From positions 200,882,852 through 200,946,851 of the forward strand of contig NC_133620.1 of NCBI RefSeq assembly GCF_048593235.1: a DNA stretch of 64,000 nucleotides, read 5' to 3'. Positions 61,033-64,000 of this stretch are shown here, in pieces. The notes beneath the pieces are model-generated. The model had not been told where the DNA came from, did no database searches, and saw only the letters and a list, made by a program, of their open reading frames with translations. This stretch comes from Sminthopsis crassicaudata (taxonomy: Eukaryota). The number at the start of each line of letters is the position of its first letter. Position 1 is the first letter of the stretch. A program made the position numbers and the translations under genes.

Positions 61033-62352
61033 CTATGTGCTCCCGCCGGTCTGCCCATCCCCTTCATCACCGGTGGACTCTCCAGTGGATGCAGAAGGAG
61101 CCAGAACATCATCATCGCTGTCCTCCTCATTTGACTGTGTCACTTGAGGCTCTGGAGCTGGGATCTTGGTCTCCTGTTCTTGTTCTATCCTGCTGCGCAA
61201 TGCTAAGATCCGGTGATGCAGTGCTGCATACAACTGCCCAGTATCTCTGGAGCTGGCGGAGATCAGGAACACTTTGACTCCCTGACCCTCAGTGTCCATG
61301 GCTGTGATTCGAATGCTCTTCTCATTGGCTTTGTCAATCTGCATCTGTGCCCACAGCTTGGTGTTGAGCATAAGCCGCAGGCTCCCCTGGGTCCGCATTA
61401 CCAGTCGAGATGGTAACGTCCCATCATCTGTGGAAGCCATGTCATTAAGTCTGAGTAGTCCTCTGCCTCTTTCCACCCAAGACTGTGATGTTTTGTCAAA
61501 CACAAACAACTTGCCTTGGATCTGTAATACGTTGCTCTCTGCCTCTTCCCCGGTGATCACTTCCACCTTTTCTAGTAAACACTTCCGGGCTGTGGCCTTG
61601 GTGTAGGCAGCTGCTGACTCTGCCAGTGACTCTGAAACATTATTAGCTTTCTCAGGGGTGGCTTCTAGGGAGGAGGATTCTGAGCCGGATTCAGCAGCAG
61701 TATTGTCCTTGCTGACATCTCTACTAGATTCACTGGGTTTGGGTGGATTCAGCACTCTTTCACTCATGTTCTGTCCAAATATAAATTTGTTGCTGGAGGC
61801 ACCAGCAGTATTCGTTGAGTTCTCGAAACCGGAGCTGATGTATTGTAGGAAATAGTTGGTTAGAGAGGGTGTTTCAGAGCTCGGATGCCCCGCATTCTCT
61901 AAGTCACTTGTTGCAGCATTTTCATGTCCTAGCTTGTCAGCAGATTCAGAAGGATTCCTCAATGCACTATTATTTATTGATTCAGATGGAGCTGCTCCTT
62001 GACAGTCTGAAGGTACCTTAGCACCATTGGTGCCACTGTTAGGAACTGTTTGTAAAAGTACCTTTGGCTGGGGAGCTTGTAATACTGCTGAGCACAGCAC
62101 ACTTCGCTGCTCTTCCTTAGTTTTCTGGCTTGGTAGACCTGCACTGGGTGCCTGACCATGGATAAGTGTGGGAGGCTTCAGTTGGGATCCATTGCTCTTT
62201 TCCTCTGACTGTGATGGAGGAAATGGAGTTAATGAAGAAGTTCTTTCCCGTTTTACAGGAGGACAGCAGTTTCCATCTTCTCTGTCAGAATCTTCTCTAT
62301 CTCCTGGACTTGAACCTTCAGCGGATCTCTTTTGAGATTGCAGTTTCCTCAT
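61033..62352 (-). CDS. RANBP3: RANBP3 retrogene copy 7 (439 aa; Q5, T78)
   Basis: Intact ORF with two amino-acid differences from copy 1. Confidence 0.93.
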   Translation of the reverse strand: MRKLQSQKRSAEGSSPGDREDSDREDGNCCPPVKRERTSSLTPFPPSQSEEKSNGSQLKPPTLIHGQAPSAGLPSQKTKEEQRSVLCSAVLQAPQPKVLLQTVPNSGTNGAKVPSDCQGAAPSESINNSALRNPSESADKLGHENAATSDLENAGHPSSETPSLTNYFLQYISSGFENSTNTAGASSNKFIFGQNMSERVLNPPKPSESSRDVSKDNTAAESGSESSSLEATPEKANNVSESLAESAAAYTKATARKCLLEKVEVITGEEAESNVLQIQGKLFVFDKTSQSWVERGRGLLRLNDMASTDDGTLPSRLVMRTQGSLRLMLNTKLWAQMQIDKANEKSIRITAMDTEGQGVKVFLISASSRDTGQLYAALHHRILALRSRIEQEQETKIPAPEPQVTQSNEEDSDDDVLAPSASTGESTGDEGDGQTGGST

Positions 62353-62439
62353 GCTTACTTCTGGGATAGAGAGACTGTCCCAGAATCAGGATCGTGTCTG
62401 TCCCTGTTCGGGAGCCAAAATTGACGTGGGGCGCTAATA

Positions 62440-63447
62440 TGTAACGTTCTTGAATTGTGAGGGTCCGGTCGTCTGCTCAATTATAATCCTTCTCTGGGAG
62501 GAGATCTGTAAAATCTTTTCCTCTGTGCACAGGTTTCTTGGGAGCTCTGAATCTCCTCCAGCTCTTGTCTTTCCCCAAATCAAACTGGTCTCCTTTCAGC
62601 CTGGCGTCACCACACTATCCCTGAGTCAATTCTCCCAGACCCAATGCTGCCCTCCTTTTATCCTCCCAGAGAATGGGCGTGGGATAACGCAAGGGCTTCT
62701 GGGAAACATGACTTCCACCAATGAGCTTGCTCCTCCTAGAATTCCTAAGGTGTAAACTCCCTTTAAAGGCCCTAACCAAAGGTCTGAGCCAGAGAACTAT
62801 CAAGTCGACCTGAGTTTTCACCTTGTCACTGTCCAGACAACCTGAGTTCCCCCCTTGTCACTGTCCAGACAACCTGAGTTCTCCCCTTGTCACTGTCCAG
62901 ACGACCTGAGTTCTCCCCTTGTCACTGTCCAGACAACCTGAGTTCTCCCCTTGTCACTGTCCAGACGACCTGAGTTCTCCCCTTGTCACTGTCCAGACGA
63001 CCTGAGTTCTCCCCTTGTCACTGTCCAGACGACCTGAGTTCTCCCCTTGTCACTGTCCAGACGACCTGAGTTCTCCCCTTGTCACTGTCCAGACGACCTG
63101 AGTTCTCCCCTTGTCACTGTCCAGACGACCTCAGTTCTCCCCTTGTCTCTGTCCTGACGACCTGAGTTCTCCCCTTGTCACTGTCCTGACGACCTGAGTT
63201 CTCCCCTTGTCACTGTCCTGACGACCTGAGTTCTCCCCTTTTCACTGTCCAGACGACCTGAGTTCTCACCTTGTCACTGTCCAGACGACCTGAGTTCTCA
63301 CCTTGTCACTGTCCAGACGACCTGAGTTCTCCCCCTTGTCACTGTCCAGACACACCTGAGTTCTCACCTTGTCACTGTCCACGACAACCTGAGTTCTCAC
63401 CTTGTCACTGTCCAGACAACCTGAATTCTCACCTGGTCATCCTAATA
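62440..63447 (-). mobile_element. LTR 8 (5'-most LTR, about 1008 bp, about 19.5 repeats, irregular distal end)
   Basis: Same unique part as LTRs 2-7; ends in the degenerate ...tcacctggtcatcctaata. Confidence 0.9.
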
Positions 63448-63799
63448 CTTTATGGCTAATTTTGGGGTCATATGTGGGGAAAATGTGGGACAAAGGCACA
63501 TATAAGGAGTAGCAATTCAAATCTTTGATGCTTCAGGATTGTTATTTTTTTCTGCTATTATGTGGGAGGACTTTCCACTGCTCTGAAGCCAATTACACGG
63601 TGGTTAAAGGGAGTCATATAAGGACATTCTCAGGATCCCCCAGAAGAACTTTGGAATCATCTATGTGACATGAGAGACACTGGCACAAGACTGTCCAGTG
63701 TACATGCTACACACTTTAAAAAGTAGGTGTGCTCTATGAGCAAAGAAAAATTACAGTAGCTCAAAAGAAACTCAAGATAAACAAATTTAGAGACATCTT

Positions 63800-63955
63800 C
63801 ATTCCAAATTCATATGGACTATGTGTCCTTGATCTCTGGTAGAACATTCTGAGCTCATATAGGTCTGATCAGTCACAGCTGGACAAACTGTACCTTGACT
63901 GCAACATAGTGATATAGTTTTGGTCCTCTTCAAGAATAAAGGGCAGCAACCAAGT
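63800..63955 (+). mobile_element. RTE-type LINE/SINE 3' end
   Basis: tgtaccttgactgcaacatagtgat...ttttggtcctcttcaagaataaagggcagcaacca resembles marsupial RTE 3' termini. Confidence 0.5.
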
Positions 63956-64000
63956 TACCAAGCAACCAATTAACTAATCAACCAGTCTGTTGCACATTGT

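Larger units (their letters stand above)
28753..63447 (-). repeat. Macrosatellite of ERV2-derived units, (LTR-internal)x7-LTR, each carrying a RANBP3 retrogene
   Basis: ORF starts recur at 33154, 38020, 42886, 47753, 52589, 57440 and 62352 (periods 4866, 4866, 4867, 4836, 4851, 4912). Units are near-identical, and length differences are explained by 32-bp repeat number and small indels. Confidence 0.97.

Overview
Marsupial genomic DNA, probably an Australian dasyurid-type genome (inferred from WSINE1/MAR1-type SINEs and marsupial L1 3' ends). Bases 1-28.7 kb are AT-rich, repeat-laden non-coding sequence with SINEs, L2, several L1s, a hAT fossil and one N gap; I could not support any host exon there. 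Bases 28753-63447 are a head-to-tail macrosatellite on the minus strand with the architecture (LTR-internal)x7-LTR: 8 shared LTRs and 7 internal regions, period about 4.84-4.91 kb. Each unit is a decayed betaretrovirus-like (ERV2) provirus. Its 5' gag is replaced by an intronless, N-terminally truncated RANBP3 cDNA that opens from what appears to be the gag ATG. The 439-aa ORF is intact in all 7 copies, while gag, pro and integrase are broken and env is absent. Each unit therefore looks like a self-contained cassette: LTR promoter, leader, RANBP3 ORF, 3'UTR and AATAAA. Every LTR upstream of an ORF has a 32-bp U3 repeat expanded to 13.5-19.5 copies, against 2.5 in the edge LTR, and each repeat carries a CCAGAC SMAD-box core. 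Protein comparisons use my recollection of human RANBP3 and of betaretroviral motifs, not a database search.
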